Shown here: one piece after another, positions 35,772-47,350 of the stretch
How positions within the stretch are numbered: position 1 is the stretch's first letter
Layout of the letters: each line of letters starts with the position of its first letter
Assembly (NCBI GenBank): GCA_054600435.1
Contig: BAAIJX010000019.1
Location: 310,001 to 374,000 of the forward strand
DNA length: 64,000 nt
Source of the DNA: Neophaeotheca triangularis
Lineage: Eukaryota
Direction of reading: 5' to 3'
Position numbers and translations under genes: made by a program
Notes under the pieces: generated by a model
What the model was told of the DNA's origin: nothing
Databases searched by the model: none
The model's input: only the letters and a program-made list of their open reading frames with translations

Positions 35772-37150
35772 ATGGGGCGGATTCAATACCGTGTAGCCAA
35801 CGGCTCGACCTCGACCTCGATCTCAACCTCGACCTCGACCTCGACCTCAACCTCGACCTCAACCTCGACCTCAACCTCGACCTCATGTCTTGACAGCAAT
35901 GCTGCTACTCCCTGCCATACCACTGGACATTTCCATCCCGCTTCGCCTTCTTCGTACTTTACCAAAGAATATCTGAGTGCTCACACCCCATCACACATCG
36001 CTGTCCACCAAGTTGAACCCATTCGATCGAGTCTATCGGCGTGGGAGGATGAAATCCTGCTACGGCAGAACCCTAAAGGCAATGCTGCTCGAAAGGTCGG
36101 GCAAAAGATTCCCGGTTTTGAGACGAGTGCTGGTAACATTTCATCCCTCTAGTCTGTCTAGTAAAGAATTTACCTTCTGACGAGTCATCTCCACTAGCCT
36201 TCTTCACTTCCCTCCGCACAAATCTCCGACTTAGCACTAGTCCTCCACCTTCACCGACCTCCACACCACCAAGTTTGGTCAACTCCGCCACATCACTACC
36301 GCCACCCTCCCCACTATCCTTCCCAGCCGAGCTCCCACCACCAGACACCACCTCCTCACTCCTCCACACCCCCAAACTCACGACAACCCTAGCAACAACG
36401 CCTGCCGAAAAAGCCGCAGCCCTAGCTCTAATCTCCGCCAGCCTAACCCACAAACGCACAGAAGCGACCCGAGCCCTACTCCTCCACCCCCTCAACCTAA
36501 CCCTCCTCCTCCTCCTCCTAACCCTCCTCTACCACTCTCTCCCCCCAACCCTCTCCATCCCTCTAACCAGCATCCTCCTCTCCATCCCCATCCCCCCTTA
36601 CCTCTACCTAGCCCACCACCAAACCCAACCCTACGCCACCCGCGCCTCCACCCTCAACCCCTCCTTCCTCACCCCCACCGACGAAATCTTCACAACCCTC
36701 CTCCCCGCCCCCCCATCCCCCCAACGCCCAATCGCAACCCTCATCCTCCGCCCCCAACCCCTCCCCAACTTCAAATCCAAAGGCAACACCCCCCTCTCCA
36801 CCGCCCACCGCAAATCCCGCAACCGTCCCCGCTACTACCAAATCCGAGCCTGGACTGTCGAGCCCGCTTACAGGCGACGAGGGCTGGGCAGGAAATTGCT
36901 GGAGACTGCTGTCGAGACTGCGTGTAGGAGGGGTGGGGAAGGGGTTGTTTTTTCCTCGGAGCAGGTTTTTGCGTGTGCGGGTCGGTGGTTGGGGGGGTTT
37001 GCCGGTTGGGGTTTAGGGGTTAAGGGGGAGGGGGAGTGGGCCGGGAGGGTTTTGGGGGAGGTTTTGGAGGGGTGGGGTGGAGGGAGGAGTGGCAGTGGCA
37101 GTGGAAGTGCGGGCTACAGGCCTGGACATGGGAAGAGGAGGTCGAGGTGA
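35772..37150 (+). CDS. GNAT-family acetyltransferase-like membrane protein
   Basis: The 36275 ORF has no Met. Proposed exon 1 is 35772-36132, intron 36133-36197 (GTAACA..CTGAC..TAG), exon 2 36198-37150, joined in phase (G+CC). Motif A IRAWTVEPAYRRRGLGRKLLE; hydrophobic segment LLHPLNLTLLLLLL. Confidence 0.7.
35805..35884 (+). repeat. (TCGACC/TCAACC)n hexamer repeat, ~13 units, encoding (Ser-Thr)n in the proposed exon 1
   Basis: Read directly. Confidence 0.9.
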
Positions 37151-38199
37151 ATGGCCGGTTTTGCTATAGAGCGTGTCTCTTTTCCACGCTCGCTTTGTTT
37201 CGACACCGTACCTGAAGACGGCGAAATTTTTACCTCCTACTCCGACTGTGCGCAATTTCGCGAAAACCGCCTAAGTCTCTGTCGCTCACGCCGGGAGATT
37301 CAACCGCCGTCGAGTCTCTCACCTCTCTCGTCCCCTTCGGTCCCCCGCCCGAGACTTTCGCACTTTCGCTCCCCTAGCGCCTTGACTCCCCATCCCGCCG
37401 CCCTCCTCGAGTCAAAACGAGCAAGTAGCTGCACCCTTTTCCGCTACGAGGAGATAGATCACCCCTCACCGGCCACATTCATACACCACGCCCGCTCTCC
37501 CCGGCGGCTCGATACGCTTCCCCGCCCCTAACCCTCAACGTCACTTCCCCGCCAAGCATAGCCAAGGGGGGGGGGGGGGGGTAGGGTAGACGAAATTCCA
37601 GCAATTCGGGTTTCCGTATCCTCCATCCCTCAAGCCATCCGCGCTGCGGACGTGTCGTTCTACTACGACCGCCTCTTGCAGTGGTTAGGGAGGTTTCGAG
37701 TTGCTACTGAAGCGCGGGAAGCGGGTTTCAAGGGGGGTGTATAGGCTATAGTGTGTCGAGTCACCTCATCGTCTTGGATGGCGAGGCGAAGTGACTGGGG
37801 TGGATGGAATGAATGAACGGACGGACGGACGGTTGAGTGGCGGAGGTGTGTTGTCTGAGGGTATCCGCGAGGGTTGCTTTGGGGGCGGGGGGGCGTTGCT
37901 TCTTTTTTTCGTAAGTCGCGGGAGACGAAACGCCGGTTGGGGACTTTGCAGGAAAGTTTCCAGACTCCCGCTAGGGATATTGCTGCTTAGTCGCGGTCTT
38001 GTTATAGACTGTCAAGCAGGGGAACTTCGACTCCACGGGACGGTAGGGATGTTGAAGTCTACCGCCGGGGATGGAAACGACAGTCGCGAATCTAGGATTT
38101 CTCTTACTCGTTCGGCTAGGCGTGCTATCCTAGTGGAATTTTACTCCTGTTGTCCTGAATGGTGAGCGATAGACTGCTCGACATGAGGGGAGAAGGGCC

Positions 38200-39460
38200 G
38201 CTAGTACGTAAGGGAGGCTCTACTTGATACTTAAGACCGAAGACTAGCGATCGTCGGTCGGGGTACAGGCTTATATACATTCGCTCGTACTGTCACGGCT
38301 ACGCTCGCAGCGCGCTGCTCGTATCCGCAATTCGGCGGGACTGTGTTGTCGGGGCGGCAATATGGGAACCGAAGGGGAGGTATAGGAAGTGAAGCCTGAG
38401 ATGTTATCTTAGGGAAACCGACAATTTTCACTCAAGCGATATAGGACCGGGACTTAGCGCCTCGACCGGCTATCGAGGAATGTAATTTTCATATCATTAT
38501 CCTCGACGATTGAACGTTTCTAAGATTAGTTCTTCTGAAGAGATTAAGAGGCTAGTAGCTTGAACTTCCCAACTCTTTTTCGTTCCTCGTCACTAGGAAT
38601 GAGAGAAGGTAGCGAAAGCAGCGTATAGCATTAACGCATCCCCTTAGCGAGCTACTAGTAGGTCCGATACGGTCTCTACGAGTCTTGTCGAGCGGTAGTT
38701 GTAGAGTATCTATGTAATCCTAGGACGAGTGTCTATACTAGAGTCTAGAAAGACGACCGCTTTCATATCTACGGGCTATATTGCGGTACTCTCGAAGTAT
38801 CGACCTACGTAACATTAAGTGTAAACGAGAGACTAGCGGACGGACTAGGAGGCGAGGTAATAATGGTACTGTCAACCTACCTCGGTCTTTCTTCCCGGCG
38901 ACAATGTAGGCTTTACATGCTTTCTACTACATCTTTCGTTTAAGGCATAGGGCGCTATTTGCTACTAGCATGTATGCTCCGAAAGAGAACGCCTGTCCCC
39001 CTCTTTCGACGGTAACATTCGAGCCGCGATATAACTAGAACCGTACTGTATATACTAGACAGTACTCCTACCCCGTGTTGGCCTGCCTACCCATACCACT
39101 TTATCGTATAACCTACTTAATATCATGTGAAACGGTAAGCCAAGTGATCCCCTATCTCTAGCCTAACCTCTACGAGACAACCGTTCCCGATACCTTCCCA
39201 GACTATGACCTAGGTCTACAACACTTCGACTCGTCTCGCCGTCGAGCGACCCTAGTGACGCGTAGCTACAGAGACAACATTAAAAATAAGAGCGCGAAGA
39301 ATAGAGACAATAGAAACATCAACGACTTACCAAGCCCGAAGCCCGCGGCCTCTTACCCCTCTTCTACTTCCCCTACCTCCCCGGCCTCTAGTAAGCTAGG
39401 AAATTCTTTACTAGTAGATCGCTTTTCCCTCCTAAGACGGAGTTGCTAGAGCTAGTGACC
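38200..39460. mobile_element. RIP-like degenerate repeat or transposon relic
   Basis: No ORFs. Strong TpA excess with CpA/TpG depletion: a hand count over 38641-38820 gave about 25 TpA against about 7 CpA+TpG. Family not identifiable. Confidence 0.6.
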
Positions 39461-41236
39461 GGCGAGAGGAACACGCCCGAAGCAAGGCGCGGCACTAGTA
39501 GACGTACATGTGATCTGACTATCGGTGGTTAGTCTACTTGGAGCAATGGCTGTGGTAAAAGGGGTTGAAAAGTTTTATATCCAAGTTGCGTGGCACGTGC
39601 GTCTTTTGCGTCGAACGCCTTTAGCAGCAATGAAAGCAACGAGAGCTATTCAAGCAACGTTGGCGACGGAATAACACTGAAGACAGCCCGTCGAGCCCGG
39701 AGCCTAACGAGCTCATCCTCTCCTTTCTTCTTCCTCGGCCTAAAGATGATCTATTGCCGCCCGCGCTCCCACCGTGATTCTTTTAGAAAGAAGGTAGAAC
39801 AAAAGATAGAGCCGAAAAGAGAGGGCCTGGATAACAGAAATCGTAAATCCTACAAACCTAACAGGAGCGAAAGAGGAAAACCACCTCACCACACCTACAG
39901 CTTCACCCTACAACCGCACCTCCCAAGATCAATCAGTCAAAGACAAGTGAAACCGGCGGCCGTCTCCGTAACTTGTACCTACGTACGTTATCTACGTCAT
40001 CTCCGTCATCGTCGTCGTCGTTGTTATTGCATCACCGCCATCACCGCTTTCAATCATGCGGCAACCCTCGCGGCACAAGACTCAGCAACTCTTACTGCAT
40101 AGTATCTGATCTGACGGACAGCCGAAAAGACCTAAATTCCCCCCGGGTCGATGGCCGAGTAAACTACATGGACAGCGGCTTGCCGCTTGCTCTTTTCGGC
40201 ATCGCGAGTTCACCAAAACTCCGCAGAACTACCGCGCTCGCGTGTTTGTTTGCGAGGCTATCATGCCACGCTCGTTTAAGAGGCCGCTCTCCGTGCGGAT
40301 GCTTTTTTGCTACCCTGAGTCGGATCGTTTCTGGTATAGTGGCGAAGCAAGGCGAGGGGAGGTTTTGCGCTCGTGTTCGATAGCTTGGGGATGTCGTGAT
40401 TTCGCTGCGGTCGTGTTGGATGCTTGCTGGGGTAAGGCGACGGCACTGGGGTCGGGGTTCTTGGGATTGCTCGAGCGGTGGAGTTGGGATATCTTGAGGA
40501 GGCGGCTGTGTCGGGAAAGGCTGGGCGGGCAGAATTGTACCGGCGTTTCTTTTAAAAGTGGCCGTGGGATCGAGAGAATGCTGTGTCCGAGGTTATGAGA
40601 GGATAGGCGAAAGCGGCGGTGCGGCTGGTTTGGAAGGAAACTGCCAGGGGAGAATGGGGGTTTTTGAGCGTCGTGTTAGGCTTTTCGGGTATCTATGTCC
40701 CTGAGGTGTGGGATTGTTTTTGCATGAATTTATTAATGCGCTCGTAATACGTGTCTCGTGGTGGCCAATTTTGCTGCGTAGGAGAAGCGTTCCTCGGTGT
40801 TAGAGACGTGGCGCTGGTTTGGCGTGCATGCTTTCGAAGCGTCGTAGCTGAATCGTGTCAAAGTGGCATTCGACACTGGCAAAGCACCATGTATGGTGGG
40901 TTATATTGGGCTTGACAGTCGGATGGTGCTTCGGCCGTGACGACGGGACGTTATCGATGAAGGAGGAGCAGTAAAGAACAGTTGTGGATGATTCGAACTT
41001 TTCGATTGGCAGTGGCGACGCTTGATAGAGCAGAGATGCTTGGTTCTGCACGTGTCGCATTGATGTAGGCGTTGTTAAGGTCGCAGGAAGCAGCATAATA
41101 CTTAAAGGTCCGGTCCGGTTCGGTGTTGGTCGCAATCCAAGCATTGCAGCAGCGAGTGACGATGGAGATTGGTGGAAGCCATGTAGGTCGGAGCGAGCGC
41201 GACGCCACGGCGACAGTGAAGTGATTTCCTCCACCC

Positions 41237-41560
41237 TCACCAAGCAGAAGACCTCTCATCATAATCTCTCCCCTCCTCATACCCCATGCCACTGGGCGCC
41301 ATATACGGGACTTGCGCGGGATAGCCATAAGCGCGCTGCAGCGTGTCCTTGTTGCGGAAGCGCACCTCGCGCATGTAGTTGACTTGGTCCATTTGTGCTT
41401 CGCGGTTGTCCTGCATGTCGGCGTTGTTGAGGCGGCGACGGTAGTTGTGGGAAATTCCCCAGCCTATGGCAATGGCGGCGGCGGCGCCGATGATGACTAG
41501 GAAGATGACGAGTTCGGGGGCCATTGTCATTTCTTCCATGCGGCGGTGGAGGGTGGGCAT
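41237..41560 (-). CDS. Small single-pass membrane protein (107 aa)
   Basis: ATG-started ORF in good context (AAGATG). One transmembrane helix, LVIFLVIIGAAAAIAIGWGI, followed by RRR and QVNYMREVRFRN. Confidence 0.7.
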   Translation of the reverse strand: MPTLHRRMEEMTMAPELVIFLVIIGAAAAIAIGWGISHNYRRRLNNADMQDNREAQMDQVNYMREVRFRNKDTLQRAYGYPAQVPYMAPSGMGYEEGRDYDERSSAW

Positions 41561-43178
41561 CTTGGCGGTGTTTTGTACGGGGGGTTGGTTTTTGGAGTTG
41601 GCTGTTTATTTGTTTGTCGAGGAGAAGAGGTCGCGGGTGAAAGTATGGTAGTGGTGTGTGTTGTGAGAGAGAGTGAAAAGAGTGAGAGTGAGGAATGGGA
41701 AACACGCTAAGAGTCAGATGAGGAGAGGAGGAGGGAAGTGAGGTGGAAGAGGAAGAAGATGGTGGGAGGGGAGGGGGCTTACCTAGGTAGTTGGAATACC
41801 TTACATACCTACCTTAAAGTTACAGTACAGTACATGTGCTACATTCCTAAGGATGTTTGTTACTTGCAGCTACATTGCATAGTACGTACAGTGAGCAGGC
41901 AGGCAGGATTGGAGGGGCCTCGTCAGCTCTTCCACGTCAAGATCAAGATCAAGAGCTCTGCCCAGATGCGGGTGGAGGTGGTAGTAATGTGCGACATCCA
42001 AGACGCGCCATGCCATGCAAATCATCCATGGATCAGGTGACGAGACCGTACCTAACGTATCTTCACTCCTAGATGGTTGGTTGGTTGGTTGGTTGGTGGC
42101 TTGCTTGCTTGTTTGTTTCCAGGTGATGTCTGCATACACTTTCCACTTTCCGCCGCTTGCTTGCGTGGCCCGCAAAACGCCCAGCAACACTGCCACTACT
42201 CCAGGGCTCCCAATGCTTGAGCTGACTCAGCATACAGTATCGCCAACCTCATCGCCGTGAGCATACACAACTTACATAAGCCTTTCAAGGGTTGCAAGTG
42301 GTCCCATCTTCCGAGTAGCGACGATCAAACAATAGTGCTGTCGGCATCCTAACCATGACCCATTCACGAGGCTCTCCCCGGACCATCTAGTCTACGAAAC
42401 GAGGATATCTTCGCAATGAAACAACCCCTCACAAAAGCGAAGACACCAAGCTCTCCATTCGGTACAGTCCCAAAGGAAGCTGACTTCCCCATCGAAAAAA
42501 CCCAAGAATCTGCCCAGAGCAGCCGCCTAGGCGTGGGTTTCTGTCTACCTCTCAGTTCGTAAGGAGCCGCCATCAAACTTTCCGTCCACGAGAATGGAAA
42601 CGCGTGAACTTGGGTGGCTACATGAGGTATCGATGGCAGCAAAAATAAGCCTTCAAACAGCCCCCCCCCCCCTCGACCTGGACGACCAAATGTATGGCGG
42701 CAATGATGTCGACTCAAGAATCACGACAGACCTTAGATTGCTTGCAATCTTCCACAGCTCGAGCGATGTAAAAACCCGCATCACCACGCCTCGTGCTCAA
42801 ACCCCAACCCTCCAAGACTTCCACTCCGTCGAGCGCAACAGCAATAAGCAGGCTTATGCAATTCAACCACGGGCCTCATGGCCTCTACTCGGCATAATCA
42901 TAACAGGCAAGGGCGTCGCCGCGCCTTGATGTGTCTACTGCGAGTACCACCGAGGCCGGCTTGGCTTTGAAGAGGTGCTTGGCCACTAGGGAAATATCGC
43001 GAAAGGTAGGAAAGCGAAGTCTGGACAGTGTTTTGTTGATTTGCGATTCGACATTAAGGGAACCTATCTTATGCTATCGTATCCTATCCTATCCTATCAG
43101 TCTTCTCTCCTTTGCTTTCGCTATGCAGCAATACAATTATCCCTTCCTATCCTCTCAGAAATTAAACTGACAAAGCTT

Positions 43179-44858
43179 CTACAACTGGTAAACAGCGCTA
43201 GGACCGACATCGCCAAACTCCTCCTTGGCGTTGGGGTTGTCGATGCCAAAGTAAGCAATCTGGTTCTCAGCGTAGTCGTGAACGGTCAAAGTCGCAAAAG
43301 GAGTGTCGAACTGCGTCGAGTAGCCCCAAGAAACGGTGTAAGCCGAGTCGGAGTCCTGGCACTGCTGCTCGGCAAAGTTTTCAACGTCGGCTTTGCCGCC
43401 GTCGCGGTGGATGCTGCACTGCGTCTGGTAGACGTTGCTGTCGATGGCGAAGCTGTAGTCGCAGCCGTCGTCGGTGCAGTCGCGCGTGAAGTCGCGGAGC
43501 GTCCAGGTGTAGTCGGTCTTTTGGAGTCCGCCGTCGGTGGAGACTTTGTTTGTGGCGGGCGTGGGCTTGGGGCTGGAGGCGGAGGCGCCGGTCGAGGTCG
43601 CGGCTGGGGAGGTGGAGCAGGCGGTGGGTGTCTCGAATTCTGAGGCCAGGTAGGGGTTGTAGCCGAGGCATCCGGCGTAGTCGGCGACGCAGCCGGCGCG
43701 GGTGTTGCTCAGGTCTTCGCGGCAGGCGTCGAACTCGTCGTTGCACTGCTGGGCGCAGTCGGTGCTGTCGGTGCTGCCGGAAGCGGTGGAGGTGGCCTTG
43801 TTGGCAGCAGCGGTGGTAGTGGCGGCCGGGGAGGCAGAGCAGGCGGTGGGAGTCTCGAATTCCTCAGCGAGGTAAGGGTTGTAGCCGAGGCATCCAGCGT
43901 AGTCGGCGACGCAACCAGCGCGGGTGTTGCTCAGGTCTTCGCGGCAGGCGTCAAACTCGTCGTTGCACTGCTGGGCGCAGTCTCCGGTGCCGGAAGCGGT
44001 GGAAGTGGCCTGGTTAGCGGCGGTGGTGGTGGTGGCAGCCGGGGCCTTAGAGCAAGCAGTGGGGGTCTCGAACTCCTCGGCGAGGTAAGGGTTGTAGCCG
44101 AGGCATCCGGCGTAGTCGGCGACGCAACCAGCGCGGGTGTTGCTCAGGTCCTCACGGCAGGCATCGAATTCGTCGTTGCACTGCTGGGCGCAGTCTCCGG
44201 TGCCGGAAGCGGTAGAAGTGGCTTGGGTGGCAGCAGTGGTGGTAGCGGCCGGGGCTTGAGAGCAAGCGGTGGGGGTCACAAGGGAGCCCTCGTCATCGTA
44301 AGGCAAGTAGCCGAGGCAGGAGCTGAAGTCGGAAGCGCACTGAGCTCGGGTGTTGCTGGTGTCGCTCTGGCATTCCCTGTACTCGGTGAGGCAGTTGTCG
44401 GCGCACTCGCTGGTGCCAGCCGCAGTCGTGGTAGCAGCCGGAGCCTGGGAGCAAGCGGTGGGTGTCACAAGCGAACCCTCATCGTCGTAAGGCAAGTAGC
44501 CGAGGCAGGAGCTGAAGTCGGAAGCGCACTGAGCTCGGGTGTTGCTAGTGTCGCCCTGGCATTCCCTGTACTCGGTGAGGCAGTTGTCGGCGCACTCGCT
44601 AGTGCCGGCCGCAGTGGTGGTGGCAGCCGGAGCCTGAGAGCAAGCGGTGGGGGTTACTAGAGAGCCCTCATCGTTGTAAGGCAGGTAGCCGAGGCAGGAG
44701 CTGAAGTCGGAAGCGCACTGAGCGCGGGTGTTGCTGGTGTCGCTCTGGCAGGACCTGTATTCTTGCAGACAGTTGTCGGCGCAGTCGTCACGCTTGAAGA
44801 CTGGGGAGGCGTAAGCAGAGGAGAGCGCAAGGCTCAGGGCGAAGAAGCGAGTAGACAT
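43179..44858 (-). CDS. Secreted Cys-rich tandem-repeat protein with a C-terminal surface-protein-1/AA1-like domain
   Basis: Signal peptide MSTRFFALSLALSSAYA and a KR site. Six 6-Cys repeats with Thr/Ala linkers. C-terminal 4-Cys domain WTLRDFTRDC..CDYSFAID..YTVSWGYS; its family assignment is from recall. Confidence 0.88.
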   Translation of the reverse strand: MSTRFFALSLALSSAYASPVFKRDDCADNCLQEYRSCQSDTSNTRAQCASDFSSCLGYLPYNDEGSLVTPTACSQAPAATTTAAGTSECADNCLTEYRECQGDTSNTRAQCASDFSSCLGYLPYDDEGSLVTPTACSQAPAATTTAAGTSECADNCLTEYRECQSDTSNTRAQCASDFSSCLGYLPYDDEGSLVTPTACSQAPAATTTAATQATSTASGTGDCAQQCNDEFDACREDLSNTRAGCVADYAGCLGYNPYLAEEFETPTACSKAPAATTTTAANQATSTASGTGDCAQQCNDEFDACREDLSNTRAGCVADYAGCLGYNPYLAEEFETPTACSASPAATTTAAANKATSTASGSTDSTDCAQQCNDEFDACREDLSNTRAGCVADYAGCLGYNPYLASEFETPTACSTSPAATSTGASASSPKPTPATNKVSTDGGLQKTDYTWTLRDFTRDCTDDGCDYSFAIDSNVYQTQCSIHRDGGKADVENFAEQQCQDSDSAYTVSWGYSTQFDTPFATLTVHDYAENQIAYFGIDNPNAKEEFGDVGPSAVYQL

Positions 44859-47350
44859 TATATTCGAGTTGGCGTATAGTTGGGTAGGTACCGTTGTTAT
44901 TGGAATTGATTGATGGAGAGAGAATGGAGGATGGATAGTCGTGGTCCATGGACGATGTACTTATATCCAAGTCGGCCTCGAGGCTTGGGTGTTGCTTGAG
45001 TGATTTTCCCCAGCAGCTTCCATTGTCGTCATACCACTCTCGCAGTGCAAGGGATAGGTTGACATCATGTTAGGTAGTGATACGAGCCTCTACCCGGGCC
45101 ATGCTACGCCAAAAGGCAAGGGGCCAAAGCTAGTACGGGGTCCATGAGCTCGGTACAGCACGGGGTGGTCGGTTCGACCCCTCGTATGAGTCGTATCACT
45201 CAAGCCTTGACAAGGTATGAGGTAGTTTTTCTTTATTCTTAGCAACGATGGTTGTCATTTTCCGTGTATAAGCTTAAAGGAAAAGTGTGGAATTGGGTGG
45301 AAAAGCGGAGAGTCTGGGTCCATAGGGGATAGGGCTGACATCTAGAACGTACCGAAGCCTCCCGTAATGGCCTCAAAATGTCGAAATTCCGAAGTCTTTA
45401 GAGAGGGTCGAGTTAGCTTTGGAGGCAACCTTTGCGATGGCGGCAGTACAGTAACACTCGTATGTCGAGGGGGGCTTTGAATTGCCCGTAACATATTGCA
45501 GGGCTAAAGATCGTCAGTCAATCCGCACCATGTAGACAAATACGAGGCAAATGTCTTGGCCAGCTAACTTAGTAGTACTACCTAGTAGTCTAGTAGTAAC
45601 TGCTATACCATGTAATTTGGGCGAGGCCGTCAAACGGCGACATCAACTCAAAAATAGGTACCTTACCTAAGTACCGTATAAGGTTCGATATACCTACCTC
45701 ATCGGCAGAGCAACGTGCCGACGCGCCGAACCATCCCGTGTCTTACAAGTATCGTCATAGCCAAAAATAGCTGGAGGACCGTAAGGTACCGTCTCGTCCA
45801 GCTCTCCAACGACAAAGTCAAACCCTCCATTTTCCGCGACGATTCTTCTGTTGTATGTAACTTAACTTAACGTAGATTCTGGTTGCGATCCGCTGGAAAA
45901 GTGGTTACCATCGCCCCTTTGTCGGTCCCACAACTGGCTCCCACTTCCGCCCCCGCCACTCACTACGAGGTGGTATACAAGGGTCGAGACGAACAGCCAC
46001 CGTCTGTCTATTCCGGAACCTAGGCTGGATAGCCGACCAAGCCCTGGATCATGTGCTATGAATACCCGACTCGCATGGGCAGCCAGGTGCCTGTGAAGAT
46101 GCCCGTCATCTTCTCGAGAAGCATATGGATTGCTCCGTCTGGGTGGTCGACCGACCTAACCTAGGTCCTAACCTGTAAGCGTGACCATGGCACCGAAGCG
46201 AGCCCAGTCCCTGACCATCGTGCAGCGACGCCGATGATCATGCAACACTACTTCATATCGCTTCCAGCTTTCACCTGCTCTGAGACCAATGAAGCTTCGT
46301 GTAACTACAATGCAGCATCGTGTTCACCTTGATCGCATCATCAAGCACGCCAAAGAGCGTCACGCGCTCGGAGAAACTCGGCTGGTCTCCCCAGTAACAC
46401 GATCATTCGTGGAACGGCCACAAGAGTACCATGAGTGAAAGGACCTCTACCAAAGATGCGGAATGGGACGATGATGATCGCTGATTCATTCCTGACCACC
46501 GGCAAATGCTCTTGTGAGCACTTCGCTCTTCGTTCCACCACCCGACTACTTTTACACAGTTTACTCGACTATCGACACGCGTGCGAATGCTAAGCGGCTC
46601 CATAGCGCATGCTCGCAATCCGTACATACAGCGGCAACATGAACAAGAATTCCCTCCTCTGGACCTACGTTTCTATCCACCGGGAGTCTTCGTGGAAGTG
46701 GTCAATTCTCTCGGCTGGCTGGTAGTCGGTCTACGGCACGTTCTCTTCTCACGGTGTCGTTCATGCTCACATACCGCCCAGGGAGCCGAGAGCAGCGAGA
46801 AATCAGGTAAACGTAGCGTAGCACGAGGTGAGCACCAACATGGCTTACATCCACGAATGCATTATGCTGCCCAGACTCAAGCGGATACCGAAGCTCTCGA
46901 ACACGTACAAACAGCAAATTGACGCCTAAGACAAGCATCAACCTCGCGCGGCAGGCAACACCGACTGCCGAACTCTGCTAACTGTTCGCTTCGCTTCGCC
47001 GCCTTGGCCGGCAAGACCAACTATATTCGGCTTCGATCCTTTCTGTCAGCCCCCCTTAGGAGGCGTGTCGATATAACAAGATCCACTACCGCACCAAGAC
47101 TCCCTTACCCTTCTTAGGCATTAAGTAATCCATGCCAAGATACCAGTCAAGCCGCCTTTTGCTTTTGTTGCTCGTTTTCGTCGTGATGCGTAACAGCTGA
47201 TAGCTGAGTGGTATACGAGGTATACGGAAGTGGCGAGGTACTCTGGGCGGTCCAGTCGTTTAATCATTTTGAGTGTATTTTGTCTATATTACAGCCGTTA
47301 TATAGATACAAGCATTGCACATGAGCACGTACAAATCCCGCTCCACGCTC

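Noticed and set aside
37526..37535. CCCTAACCCT as a telomerase RNA template
   Set aside because: It has a perfect nearby complement (GGTTAGGG, 37683-37690) that would sequester it. It lies in C-rich sequence where such words arise by chance, and a RIP-like tract separates it from the 40 kb structure.
46470..46497. Box C-like ATGATGA followed by CTGA (possible C/D snoRNA)
   Set aside because: The boxes are too close together (under 30 nt), with no terminal stem or recognisable rRNA guide.
47314..47321. Other ATTGCAC heptamers (here, at 16741 and at 30951)
   Set aside because: None is in a closing stem with the 10-nt loop. Two are antisense to the local gene, and such heptamers are expected by chance.
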